DNA of 64,000 nt. It comes from a virus (lineage: Duplodnaviria; Heunggongvirae; Uroviricota; Caudoviricetes). The translations under genes and the position numbers were made by a program. The notes beneath the pieces are model-generated. The model worked only from the letters and a program-made list of their open reading frames with translations. It did not search any database and was not told the DNA's origin. Below, one piece after another: positions 35,935 to 45,162 of the stretch. The stretch's first letter is position 1. Every line of letters begins with the position of its first letter. The stretch lies in IMG/VR virus record IMGVR_UViG_3300049044_000033, positions 32,001 through 96,000 of that record. One strand, written 5' to 3'.

Positions 35935-35984
35935 GTCTGCCTCCTTGCTGTTGTGTCACCACTTTAGCAGGATAGGTGAACTAG

Positions 35985-36314
35985 TCAACCAGTTTCTGTC
36001 AAACTATCAGTCTGCAATTGTTCCAAGAGGCGTTCCTTAAAGATCGGTTCCTCTCTGGTAATAATGTCGAAGTTTCTTGCCACGCTTTGTGGCATTTTGA
36101 ATTCATGTTCCTTGACATACCAGAACCCGCCTTCTTCGTCTCGCTCAAAGGAGATCCAACATTTACGGGGCTTCTTAACGCCATTATACTGAACGACGAT
36201 CTTGACCCGTGTTTCAGTATGGGTAATGGTTTTGACCCAAGAACACTGACAGCGAGGTATTGCTGACCAAATGTGATAGGGCAGCTGAAGCATTGGATGA
36301 GTTGACGTATTCAT
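35985..36314 (-). CDS. hypothetical protein
   Basis: ORF fills gap; divergent promoter region 36315-36391. Confidence 0.6.
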   Translation of the reverse strand: MNTSTHPMLQLPYHIWSAIPRCQCSWVKTITHTETRVKIVVQYNGVKKPRKCWISFERDEEGGFWYVKEHEFKMPQSVARNFDIITREEPIFKERLLEQLQTDSLTETG

Positions 36315-36391
36315 CCATCGAGCTTAATGGTTTCCAACTTCTAATCAACCATATATTGACGCTCTGACTTGCTCTTTAATATCATTGAGGA

Positions 36392-36778
36392 ATGACAGAA
36401 GCCAACGATAAAGCCTTGATTAAAGTAGCTCTTGAGCTTCGACAGCTTGAGAATGCTATTGATGTGGCAAAGATGATCCAAATGATCAACATTCGCCTGA
36501 ATGATTTAGATTCACAAATACGCAGTGGCTATGGCGCTACGGCTTTAAAGAATAGATCCCCTAAGAGTGTCATTGAGAGCAAAGTCTTTAGCGACAACTG
36601 TTCGGATCCCATCAAGAAATATATTGGCTTCCTGAAGGGGTGGCAAGATGGATTTGAGGATGTTAAGAAGTTTCTAGAAACTTCGGAGAATCGTCGGCGA
36701 GAGTTGCATCAGCTCATTGATATCTATACAGCCGGCGGAGATATTGTGGTCGCAAAACTGAAAGGGCTTGAAGAGTGA
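36392..36778 (+). CDS. coiled-coil hypothetical protein
   Basis: No minus-strand ORF here; TTGAC upstream at 36356. Confidence 0.65.
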   Translation: MTEANDKALIKVALELRQLENAIDVAKMIQMINIRLNDLDSQIRSGYGATALKNRSPKSVIESKVFSDNCSDPIKKYIGFLKGWQDGFEDVKKFLETSENRRRELHQLIDIYTAGGDIVVAKLKGLEE

Positions 36779-36993
36779 ACTGGATCTATAGTCTGAACCG
36801 TTGGTATGATGATCTAGATGACACTCATCCCAATCTTCGCTTCCTACTTTGCTTCATTCCTATGGGCATCTTTATCACCCTGATTTTTCAGAACTATAGT
36901 GTGAAGCTGTCTCTGTTGGGTCTCCTGGGCATGGCGCTGTTTGCCGTCCTGCGAATTATCCCGTTTGTCTTTCCTCAAAAGACCCAAAGTTGA
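36775..36993 (+). CDS. small membrane protein
   Basis: GTGA overlap; two TM helices. Confidence 0.65.
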   Translation: MNWIYSLNRWYDDLDDTHPNLRFLLCFIPMGIFITLIFQNYSVKLSLLGLLGMALFAVLRIIPFVFPQKTQS

Positions 36994-37448
36994 TCTGAAT
37001 CTTCAGTTTGAGGCGGAATCTTAGCCACGTGTTGATTAAAGATTTTAGTGAATGAAGATTCCAACTCTTTCATTACAGCTCGTGGATCAAACGTTGAGAT
37101 CTGATCCTCTTCTATTTCACAGATAGAAGTTGAAGAATCACAATAAGCAAAAGGCATAGCAGCACCAACCTTTCTTTCAGCTTGATGAATGAAATTAGTT
37201 AAGCTGGCTTCTTCGTGCGGATTAGCGTCCTCGATTACGGCACACCAAACTAAATGCCAAGGCTGGTTTTCCTTAGTTAGGTTTCCCCATGATCTGGATC
37301 GACTATGTGCATTTATCCTAGACTTTACACAAGTCTGACTTTGTCCATTCCTTAGGAGAACAGAGTTAGTCGAAGACCGGACTAGGTAAACACCCTTATG
37401 ATAAGATGGTATTTGCCAATAAACGTTATAAAAATTCAATGTTGGCAT
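36975..37448 (-). CDS. possible GIY-YIG-like protein
   Basis: KGVYLV...RNGQS...KSRINAH resembles GIY...YIG...R...H; AT-rich. Confidence 0.4.
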   Translation of the reverse strand: MPTLNFYNVYWQIPSYHKGVYLVRSSTNSVLLRNGQSQTCVKSRINAHSRSRSWGNLTKENQPWHLVWCAVIEDANPHEEASLTNFIHQAERKVGAAMPFAYCDSSTSICEIEEDQISTFDPRAVMKELESSFTKIFNQHVAKIPPQTEDSDQLWVF

Positions 37449-37515
37449 TTTCTATCCAAAAATAAAGTCCGACACCTTTACGATGTCGGACTTTATTTTT
37501 CAATTTGTTTTTGTT

Positions 37516-37851
37516 TTAACGTTCGACCGAAGCGCCTGCCGGAGCCGACTGACCGACGGGGACAACTTGGCGCTCGCTCGGGACCAGGGCCAGCCAGCCG
37601 TGCTTGCGAGCTTCGACCGAGAAGTATTCCACACCGTTGATCATGTCCGCCGGGAGCGAGACGCGCTTTGCGGGGGTGCCCGAAGAGGTCTTCTTTTCGC
37701 GCAGGTCAGTGAGGTCGCGGCCGTTCACGCGGTTTGTCGGACGAACCTGTAGTTCCTGGACGCCGTTGACTTCGATCTGCCGAACCCGGACCTTGCCGTT
37801 TTCACCGATCATCACCGAAGCGTTCTTGTTGAAGTTTACAGTCTTGTTCAT
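37516..37851 (-). CDS. hypothetical protein, paralogue of 59722..60042
   Basis: K..NFN..A...IG.N.K.R...R.T.R...R..LP...K.GW shared. Confidence 0.75.
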   Translation of the reverse strand: MNKTVNFNKNASVMIGENGKVRVRQIEVNGVQELQVRPTNRVNGRDLTDLREKKTSSGTPAKRVSLPADMINGVEYFSVEARKHGWLALVPSERQVVPVGQSAPAGASVER

Positions 37852-37973
37852 TTCGATCTCCTGTTTGCGTTTCCGATAAACTGGTTCTAACAGAAACTGG
37901 AAACCGATCAACCAGAAAATCTCCAGTTATCCATTTTTATGGGTAAACAGGAAGGGTTAACCGTTAGGGTGAT

Positions 37974-38002
37974 AAGAAAAGGGGCACTAGGCCCCTTTTC
38001 TT
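37974..38002. terminator. intrinsic terminator (bidirectional form)
   Basis: AAGAAAAGGGGC-ACTAG-GCCCCTTTTCTT. Confidence 0.8.
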
Positions 38003-38372
38003 ACTTGCGGTCAAACAGTTTCATAAATTCCTCGTTGGACTTAATCCGCTTGAGGATTTCGGTCTTGGTCAGGAAACCAACGTCCCTGGACTGGTAGGCG
38101 TCGCCGTAGGGCAAGTGGATGAGGAAAAACTTTTCGCGCAGGTTGCTGCCGCGCGGCGCTTCGAAGATCATATACTGGGCATAGCCGTCTGCAACGCCGA
38201 CCTGGTAGATCTTACCTGTGTTATTACCTGTGTAACCACGCGCTTCGTAGTAAGCTTTCAGAGCCTTCTGATGCGCAGCTTCGGCAGCCGCTTCCTTTTC
38301 CTGATTGTAGTTCATATAGTCAGGCTGCGGAGCAGGGACTTCATCAGGAAGACGGTAAACCTTAACACCCAT
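38001..38372 (-). CDS. conserved phage hypothetical protein
   Basis: Own promoter-RBS element; VADGYAQY...LIHLPYGDAY. Confidence 0.75.
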   Translation of the reverse strand: MGVKVYRLPDEVPAPQPDYMNYNQEKEAAAEAAHQKALKAYYEARGYTGNNTGKIYQVGVADGYAQYMIFEAPRGSNLREKFFLIHLPYGDAYQSRDVGFLTKTEILKRIKSNEEFMKLFDRK

Positions 38373-38437
38373 TTTCGATCTCCTCGTTTGCTTCTGTTAT
38401 CCAGTTTTTAGCAGAACTGGACAGGGAGTCAACCAGT

Positions 38438-39415
38438 TTATGAAGCGCCGAGGAGAAGAGTCACATTACCCGTTCTTACATCTGCATCCAAGAGATCCTG
38501 GCGATTAGAATGAAGAACTCGATGAAGGGTTGGTTTGATATTGAACGCTTGTGTAGATAGAGAACCAGGGAAGACTATGATGACCTCGAGGTTTATAGGC
38601 AGATCAATCCACTTGCCATCCACAAACAATTGAGTAATCATCCGATCTCTCTTACCGCACAATGCTGTAAAGAAGCGATGATCGTAATGGGCACCTTCAA
38701 TGAGTTCCTGCCCCGGTTCTATAATGAGATGAGGATCTTTTCTCAAGAAATATTGGTTGATCTTTTGTGCCAATGATTTGACCCAAGGGATCTGACCCAC
38801 TAAGCCATAGGCGTCAGATATCCCTCGACGATTTAGTGGGCCAGCAGCCGTCCACTTCTTTTCATCTAAGCTCGAACCTAGTCTACTCCACCGTCCCATC
38901 GAGTTTTTGGTGAGGTTTCCTAGTAGGCGAAAATCCCTTTGGGTGTCTTGATACTTGAGTCGCTGGATTGATAGATCAAAGGTTGCCTTAGGGCATTTCA
39001 AGGGAGTAATAGCAGTCATGAGTCGGTGCCCTAAAGTCCAGCATTGATCTAGAATAGACTCGGAGGGTGAATAAACCTCCGAACCTTGGCTGAATGTGCG
39101 GGGCTTGGCTACAATTTTCCCTTCCTTCTTCTCAGCTTCTATGGCTATCTTCCGAGCAAAATAGCCATGTTTCTGAGGTTGGAAATAGAATAGGTCTCCC
39201 AATCCTGATGTAATATCACCATTGCCATAAAAGTTACGCGCAATATCTAGCAGCGGTGCCTGCCAAGGTAATTGCTCACTGGGATTTTCCAATAATCCCG
39301 TCCATAAATCTTTGATAACAGTGGCACAATGGATTATCACAGCATCGTGACCGGCCATAAAACGAGACGCTAAGGACCCAGGCGATAGGTCCTTTAAATC
39401 CATCTCGCTTATCAT
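38438..39415 (-). CDS. 2OG-Fe(II) oxygenase, IPNS/ACC-oxidase-like
   Basis: GAHYD (HxD)...GKWIDLP...VFPG...PTLHRV (distal His) pattern. Confidence 0.7.
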   Translation of the reverse strand: MISEMDLKDLSPGSLASRFMAGHDAVIIHCATVIKDLWTGLLENPSEQLPWQAPLLDIARNFYGNGDITSGLGDLFYFQPQKHGYFARKIAIEAEKKEGKIVAKPRTFSQGSEVYSPSESILDQCWTLGHRLMTAITPLKCPKATFDLSIQRLKYQDTQRDFRLLGNLTKNSMGRWSRLGSSLDEKKWTAAGPLNRRGISDAYGLVGQIPWVKSLAQKINQYFLRKDPHLIIEPGQELIEGAHYDHRFFTALCGKRDRMITQLFVDGKWIDLPINLEVIIVFPGSLSTQAFNIKPTLHRVLHSNRQDLLDADVRTGNVTLLLGAS

Positions 39416-39483
39416 TGAGCAATCTGCCTAAAAAGCTGAAAATCAGCAATATACTAGCAAGAAAGCTCTGCGTGTCAAACAGC

Positions 39484-39786
39484 CTAAACTTTGATGTAAT
39501 CCTTCTCGCGATACTTCCGACCACATTTTGGATAGAGCTCGAGGAGGTCCCATTCTTCCTTGGTCAGAACTGCTCGAGCCTTTTCCCACGCTGCTTCAGT
39601 TGGCGCATGGGTGCGAGTCCTCTTTTGTTCCGCGACTATGACCGCTTCTCGGTAGTCTTCGCAGAACTCTGTCCCATAGGTCAGGTAGCTGTTAGCATGA
39701 CAATGCTCACAATAATCAGATGGGTCGTAGCCGCATTGGCTAGAACGCCATTTGTGAGGTGTCTTGACTTGGATGATGTCTACCAT
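39484..39786 (-). CDS. Cys-containing hypothetical protein
   Basis: CEHC; fills gap. Confidence 0.6.
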   Translation of the reverse strand: MVDIIQVKTPHKWRSSQCGYDPSDYCEHCHANSYLTYGTEFCEDYREAVIVAEQKRTRTHAPTEAAWEKARAVLTKEEWDLLELYPKCGRKYREKDYIKV

Positions 39787-39817
39787 GTTTCATCCGTATA
39801 GGAAAGGCTCCCTATTG

Positions 39818-40138
39818 TCAATCTGCTAAGTGGGCAAATTTCCCGCGAGGATTGACGATGTTATTGTAGCGATCCTTACAGCGGTAGGACTTCTTCTTAC
39901 CCTTCTGGGTCGGAGGGCAAAACTTTTGCTGATAAGACCGCTTCACGACCTTGCGCCCGCAACAGGCGCATTCGATGGTTGCCCCGACCTCTGCGCGGCC
40001 ATTGGCTTCGAAGCGATCCGACATAGCGTTCATGTCATCTTGGCGTTCCAAATCGCGCTGTAGGGAATCAGCATCATAGCCACCCCAACGATCCTCATCC
40101 AAGTCCTGATAGTAGCCGTCGCCGCTCAACGTGCCCAT
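39818..40138 (-). CDS. Zn-ribbon hypothetical protein
   Basis: CACCG...FC...CKDRY; GGAGG SD, TAATG overlap; start corrected. Confidence 0.65.
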   Translation of the reverse strand: MGTLSGDGYYQDLDEDRWGGYDADSLQRDLERQDDMNAMSDRFEANGRAEVGATIECACCGRKVVKRSYQQKFCPPTQKGKKKSYRCKDRYNNIVNPRGKFAHLAD

Positions 40139-40377
40139 TATCTCTTCCTCCGATCTTTGGTCAACCGGATAACGGCAAACCCTTCCACCCACTTCGATAG
40201 TTCCAGAGTTACCTGGAGGTCAACCCCTGGATTGACTTTTTGGAGGACCTCAACGAACTTATCAGCAGAATACTGGGAGGGAATGAGTTTACCCAGGCGG
40301 TCAACAATCTCGCTGTCGACCATTACCTGGGTGATCTTATGAGCCCTAATGGCTTTTATGAGGTCTTCAGCTGTCAT
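40138..40377 (-). CDS. hypothetical protein
   Basis: Operon packing. Confidence 0.6.
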   Translation of the reverse strand: MTAEDLIKAIRAHKITQVMVDSEIVDRLGKLIPSQYSADKFVEVLQKVNPGVDLQVTLELSKWVEGFAVIRLTKDRRKR

Positions 40378-40777
40378 CCTCGACCTCTAGTTCCATATGT
40401 GCGCAGCGGTTTGAGAATACCGCTTTCATCACATTTCCAATCTTATCCCAGAAAGGGATGGTATAGAAGTCTTCTGGTTCAGCCCAAGTTTTGGTTGGGA
40501 AGATCAAGACGTCTCGAAAACGCAGGCTTTCCATCTTGCTAATAAAACAATTGAATTCAGTACGGCTCATATCATCGCAACCAGTTACAATCGTTGGCAT
40601 TTTATCATCGAGGGCTGCTGGATCAACAGCATTGAGGATGCGATGAGGCTTATCACCCAATGCCTTACTGATCTGCTCTGTGGTTGCGTTGGGAATGATG
40701 ATCTTCATTGCGTGACCCGAGCAGCGATTCGCCAACTGCTGAAGGATAGCTGCGTTAATTACCGGCGTCTTAATCAC
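40367..40777 (-). CDS. hypothetical protein
   Basis: Own promoter-RBS element; GTG start. Confidence 0.7.
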   Translation of the reverse strand: MIKTPVINAAILQQLANRCSGHAMKIIIPNATTEQISKALGDKPHRILNAVDPAALDDKMPTIVTGCDDMSRTEFNCFISKMESLRFRDVLIFPTKTWAEPEDFYTIPFWDKIGNVMKAVFSNRCAHMELEVEDDS

Positions 40778-40838
40778 GTTTCGATCTCCTGCTGTTATCA
40801 CAAACTGGTAACAGGATTGTGATAAAAGTCAACCAGTT

Positions 40839-41147
40839 TTAGATTTTGAACTCTTCCCCGGTGGCGACCACATAAACACCACCACCGGGGCGATATTCCA
40901 GGGTACCCGCTTCCAAGCCTTCAATCTCTGCGATCCCCTGAAGGGTAAAAGAGAGCATTGCCTTAGCTGCGGCATATTGACCTCGGTCGACCATGAGGGA
41001 CGCATTGATCGGCGTAGCAGTTGTGTTGCTCTTCAGTACTTCTAGGTATTGTTCCTGGGTCCAAGGACGATGGGGAAATTCCAGACGCCGAGCAAAGCTG
41101 ACTTTTGTTTCGTCGAGCGTCTTGCGTTCTTCCTGCGTGTAGGGCAT
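40839..41147 (-). CDS. hypothetical protein
   Basis: Own promoter-RBS element; start corrected. Confidence 0.75.
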   Translation of the reverse strand: MPYTQEERKTLDETKVSFARRLEFPHRPWTQEQYLEVLKSNTTATPINASLMVDRGQYAAAKAMLSFTLQGIAEIEGLEAGTLEYRPGGGVYVVATGEEFKI

Positions 41148-41223
41148 ACCGATCTCCTTGTTGCCAATTCCATTTAGCACATAGGTGAAAGGAGTCAACC
41201 AGTTTCTGATATGCTAGATACAA

Positions 41224-41253
41224 CAATGGCCCTACGTTTCCGCAGAGCCATTG
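41224..41253 (-). terminator. 13-bp hairpin with GAAA loop
   Basis: CAAUGGCUCUGCG-GAAA-CGUAGGGCCAUUG (G-U pairs work on the minus-strand RNA). Confidence 0.7.
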
Positions 41254-41453
41254 GGTTAGAGTGCTATTTAAGTGCGGCCTGAGTAGCTGCCATCTAGGCG
41301 CCTTCTCATCCGCTTGTCGCCGGTTTCTATCACAAAAGTTTCAAAGCCAACTGTTAAATCTTACGCACTCTTACCTCCTTCGCTCTGTTGATCCGCTTAT
41401 TGCGTTGTGTCTACACCCTGGACTATAAAGGGTAAGTCCAGGGTGTCAACCAC

Positions 41454-41756
41454 TTAATTGAAATATTTCAACCAAAAGTGAACGTCGCCGCCCTGCTTCA
41501 CACGGTACTTCGTCCCGTCTTCCAGGGTGATCGTCAGCATTTCCTTCTGGGTGAGATAGAAGCCCTCAGGGTTCTCCGAGCCAAAGCGCACTGAAGCATT
41601 ACGAAATTCGTACTGGTCAGCAGCGATCGTGCCGCGCTTTCCGGCGTTCTTACCAAAGGTGATCTCAACTGTAACACCCTTGCCCTGCTTGAGAGCTTCG
41701 ACGAGTCCTTCATGCGTTACAGCATTGAGACGATTCGATGGCTTAACTTCCTGCAT
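41454..41756 (-). CDS. KOW/SH3-like protein
   Basis: VEITFGKNAGKRGTI KOW-like motif; own promoter-RBS element. Confidence 0.65.
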   Translation of the reverse strand: MQEVKPSNRLNAVTHEGLVEALKQGKGVTVEITFGKNAGKRGTIAADQYEFRNASVRFGSENPEGFYLTQKEMLTITLEDGTKYRVKQGGDVHFWLKYFN

Positions 41757-41815
41757 GTCGATCTCCGTATTTGCTATGTAGCCAACTTAGCAGAAAACAG
41801 GTGAATGTCAAACAC

Positions 41816-42163
41816 TTAATTGACGGTTGCGCCCAAAAACCGCAAGGTGCGCTGGAATTCTTCAGCCCAGTCTGCCGTCACTGCGCGCTGCTCGCGCATC
41901 ACGAGAACCAGCGTTTCTTGAGCCTGCAAGCGACGAACCCAAGTGCGAGGGATCCGCATACCGGCCTTGATCTTGCCATCGATGCGCTTGATCAAATCAT
42001 AGCAGTCATCAGCGACTTGACGAAGTTCCTGGCTTTCCGGACCAGTATCGACGACCAGCTTGTCGCCCTCTACTTTGTAATGCGGGTAGTTGCGAATGAT
42101 CGCAAAGCACATCTTTGCCTGGTTCAGCATGTAGGGGACATAGGTGCCTTCAAACTGTGCCAT
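41816..42163 (-). CDS. hypothetical protein
   Basis: Own promoter-RBS element. Confidence 0.75.
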   Translation of the reverse strand: MAQFEGTYVPYMLNQAKMCFAIIRNYPHYKVEGDKLVVDTGPESQELRQVADDCYDLIKRIDGKIKAGMRIPRTWVRRLQAQETLVLVMREQRAVTADWAEEFQRTLRFLGATVN

Positions 42164-42236
42164 CTTTCGATCTCCTTGTTTGCTGTCTACTCACCTGTTT
42201 TAGCACATAGGTGAGCAGCGTCAACCAGTTTTTGGA

Positions 42237-42455
42237 TTATTTCTGCTCGCGATCAATTTCGCTGACGACGCTCTGGCCGTTGATTTCTTCAACTTCGAAG
42301 GTCACGAAGTAGTCGTCACCCTCGACGGTAACCTGGCCTTGGCCTTTGAAGCTGTAGGTTTCGCAATACTTGATTGCTGCGTCTTCATAGCTGTCTGCAT
42401 ACAAGGTTGCATCAGGCTGATCGTAAAAACGAACGATGAAAACTAGCTGGGCCAA
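42237..42455 (-). CDS. small acidic protein
   Basis: Own promoter-RBS element; TTG start inferred. Confidence 0.65.
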   Translation of the reverse strand: MAQLVFIVRFYDQPDATLYADSYEDAAIKYCETYSFKGQGQVTVEGDDYFVTFEVEEINGQSVVSEIDREQK

Positions 42456-42520
42456 AGTCGATCTCCTGTTTGCTTCTGTTATCCACAACATAACAGAATA
42501 GGTGAAGGAGTCAACCTCTT

Positions 42521-42793
42521 TTAGGCTTCCCCGAAGACCTGAGCAAACTTTTCGCCGAGGATTCCATCCTTCTTCAGGGCGCTGATGAGATACAAGCTGA
42601 CCCTGCGTTCGTCACTATCCATGAACTGGACTGCTACTCGGTCGTGAGCATCGTTGGCATGACGGCTAGGAACATTACCGCCGCGACGGCGAACCATCTT
42701 GTAGGCCATGAACGGCTTAAACGTTGATTCGAATTGCTTCGTGCGAGGATTCCAAACTTGACCGTTCTTGCTGTCGATGATCACGTAATCCAT
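42521..42793 (-). CDS. hypothetical protein
   Basis: Own promoter-RBS element; start corrected. Confidence 0.75.
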   Translation of the reverse strand: MDYVIIDSKNGQVWNPRTKQFESTFKPFMAYKMVRRRGGNVPSRHANDAHDRVAVQFMDSDERRVSLYLISALKKDGILGEKFAQVFGEA

Positions 42794-42852
42794 TGTCGAT
42801 CTCCTGTTTCTATGCTGCCATGATAGCAAACTGGTTGAAAGAGTCAACCAGT

Positions 42853-43029
42853 TTATTTCTTCACAGGGACCCAGCGGATTTCGTAACGGTCGCGGTCAAT
42901 GCTCTGAAGGAACTTCGCGCCCGCGCTGCTGACTTCATTGAATTTGTTGAAACCAAAGACCTGCTCATCCGTCCAATCTGCCTCAGTCTGTGCGCTAAGA
43001 CGGTGGCGGGTTTGAAGCATCTTCTTCAT
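42853..43029 (-). CDS. hypothetical protein
   Basis: Own promoter-RBS element; start corrected. Confidence 0.7.
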   Translation of the reverse strand: MKKMLQTRHRLSAQTEADWTDEQVFGFNKFNEVSSAGAKFLQSIDRDRYEIRWVPVKK

Positions 43030-43092
43030 ATTCGATCTCCTGTTTCTACCTATCCAAGATAGCAGAAACAGGTGAGAAGTCAACTCCAGTTT

Positions 43093-43773
43093 TTAAGACT
43101 TGGGATATTTTTCCCGAAGCATGACATCTACGGCATCCTTGCGACATTGACCCTCATAATCCTTAACATCGCGAGAATCGAAATATTCCTTGCGATCCTC
43201 CTCTGTCATAGAATCGAGCCATGCCTTATGAGCAGCATTGCGGTCTTCGGATTCACGCTTGCGATCAGCAATGACCTGCATCCACTCAGGAAGGCGAACC
43301 TCTGGACCTTTATGAACATGTGCCTCGTAGAGTTCCATGAGAACCTGTCGACTCACATGCTGGGGAGAGATCTTCCTCCAGATTTCATATATCTCATTCT
43401 GGAGACGAGCACGTTCAATCCGTCGCTCTTCTTTGTCGGATATGCGAACTGCTATCGTGGACATTTGATCCTCTAGCACTAAGATGGCTTGAAGATCCTT
43501 ATGGCCTTGAGAGGGAGCCTGAGGGGCTCTGTGACTACTAGGATGCTGTCGGGCTTCCCAGTTGGTCATAGGTGAGAAACTATAAAGGGATCCGTCACCT
43601 CGGATGGCAAACACAACGTTCAAACCATAGTGGTAGAAACGATTTCCCGGCTTGACTTTGGCTCGGAAGACATCCTTGAGGTGCTCGGGCTGTTTGTCCC
43701 AAGCTGGAGGTGGTCCATCGAGCTTGCCGGAGTCGCCGCCCATGAGTTCGAAGAGTTGCTGTGCTGTTTCCAT
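43093..43773 (-). CDS. hypothetical protein
   Basis: 226-aa ORF; stop abuts next promoter. Confidence 0.7.
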   Translation of the reverse strand: METAQQLFELMGGDSGKLDGPPPAWDKQPEHLKDVFRAKVKPGNRFYHYGLNVVFAIRGDGSLYSFSPMTNWEARQHPSSHRAPQAPSQGHKDLQAILVLEDQMSTIAVRISDKEERRIERARLQNEIYEIWRKISPQHVSRQVLMELYEAHVHKGPEVRLPEWMQVIADRKRESEDRNAAHKAWLDSMTEEDRKEYFDSRDVKDYEGQCRKDAVDVMLREKYPKS

Positions 43774-43790
43774 AGAGCTGACTTAATACC

Positions 43791-44009
43791 TTATTGTTTC
43801 TCTTTCAACCGCTTTAATTCAAAGTCAATGAGGCGCTTAGACTCAGCAAGGCGTTCAGCATTGGTCCTTGTGTCTGGTTCAAAGTCATTCATCATGAATG
43901 GTTCGAGATAACCAGGGGCTGGACGTTCTCGATAGGTGAACTGATAGACGATCCATCCCATTAGACTGAAGAACAGTATGGTGCCTGTAATCGCTGCGGC
44001 TATCTCCAT
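43791..44009 (-). CDS. small membrane-anchored protein
   Basis: N-terminal TM; AAGGA SD. Confidence 0.65.
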   Translation of the reverse strand: MEIAAAITGTILFFSLMGWIVYQFTYRERPAPGYLEPFMMNDFEPDTRTNAERLAESKRLIDFELKRLKEKQ

Positions 44010-44169
44010 GATATCCTTCTCTATTATAAAAGCTACTTTGGTTTGTAACTAAACTGAACTATACAGAATGCAGGTTGTCTAGATGCACCCCGCCAGCGGG
44101 CTGAACCCAGATAACATGAATTTCGGAATAATTCAATTAAGAAACAACACAAAGGCGCGCTCTACCTCC

Positions 44170-44727
44170 TCAGGAAGGAGATCGAGCAGAGAAAGAGGGT
44201 TCCGCCAACTCGAGCAGGAAGGCCGTTGGATCGAGCAAAGAGGCCGGACGTTCATCCAACCATTCGAAGGTATCACGGGTTCCGTGTTGGTGAAGTTCCA
44301 AATGAAGCATCGACATAGGGCGACCCTTGTTAATCTTCAGAACCTTCTTGACCACGCCCATGAGGTCACCGGCTTTAACTTCTTGACCTACCGTTCTGGC
44401 CGTCAAGATTTCCCCGTAGACGACCACTCCTGATGATCCTTCGACTAAGACAGCTTGTGTATTGTGCCACCAAGGGCTAGGCGGATTGGCCTTCTCACCA
44501 GTGAACCACTGAACTCCTACCACAACACCATCTTCGACGGCGGAAACAGGTGAACCCTCGAAGCAATAGAGGTCAACACCTTCGTGAATGTGATTAGCCC
44601 GCTTAAACGCAAACGCACCAGGGTGAGTATTTCCTGTCGGAATGCCTACCTTACATCCAAGGACTTGGAAATCATCTGAGTTGCTGCTGGGGACAAGTTG
44701 GTAGGGAAGAGGGTTTTTCCATGTCAT
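44170..44727 (-). CDS. M23 family metallopeptidase
   Basis: HEGVD (HxxxD), GSPVSAVEDGVV, GQEVKAGD, LHLE. Confidence 0.85.
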   Translation of the reverse strand: MTWKNPLPYQLVPSSNSDDFQVLGCKVGIPTGNTHPGAFAFKRANHIHEGVDLYCFEGSPVSAVEDGVVVGVQWFTGEKANPPSPWWHNTQAVLVEGSSGVVVYGEILTARTVGQEVKAGDLMGVVKKVLKINKGRPMSMLHLELHQHGTRDTFEWLDERPASLLDPTAFLLELAEPSFSARSPS

Positions 44728-44744
44728 TTACCCTTAATAGCGGG

Positions 44745-45113
44745 TTAAGACAGGAAATCAATACTCTTTTGTTTCCAGAAGATGATGAAGCGTTCGTTGC
44801 GTTCATTCTGCTTTACCATAAGAGGCGAAGCAAACTGTGGAATCCCTCCAATATCCTTCTCAAGCCATTTGCGCTTGCGATAAAGATCTGCGAGGTCAGG
44901 ATTGAGAACCTGCTCCGCAATGAAGGGAATAGTTGATTCATACTTCTTCAGGAAGCGCCAGTAGGATAGACCATCGCTGCCCGGTAGAGCTGAGCAATTG
45001 GCTAGTTCGATGACGCCGGGAAAGAAGAGGCTCTTCCTCACATAGTAAGAGAGGCCACTATCCTTGATATAAATGTTGCGCTCGTCTGAGGCAATGAATT
45101 CCAGTAGGTCCAC
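44745..45113 (-). CDS. hypothetical protein (possible GNAT-like fold)
   Basis: GGGAGATCG RBS, GTG start; EQVLNPDLADLYRKRKW. Confidence 0.6.
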   Translation of the reverse strand: MDLLEFIASDERNIYIKDSGLSYYVRKSLFFPGVIELANCSALPGSDGLSYWRFLKKYESTIPFIAEQVLNPDLADLYRKRKWLEKDIGGIPQFASPLMVKQNERNERFIIFWKQKSIDFLS

Positions 45114-45162
45114 GTCGATCTCCCTATAGGTTTACAATAAGGGAAATCACGTGCCTTTCAAC

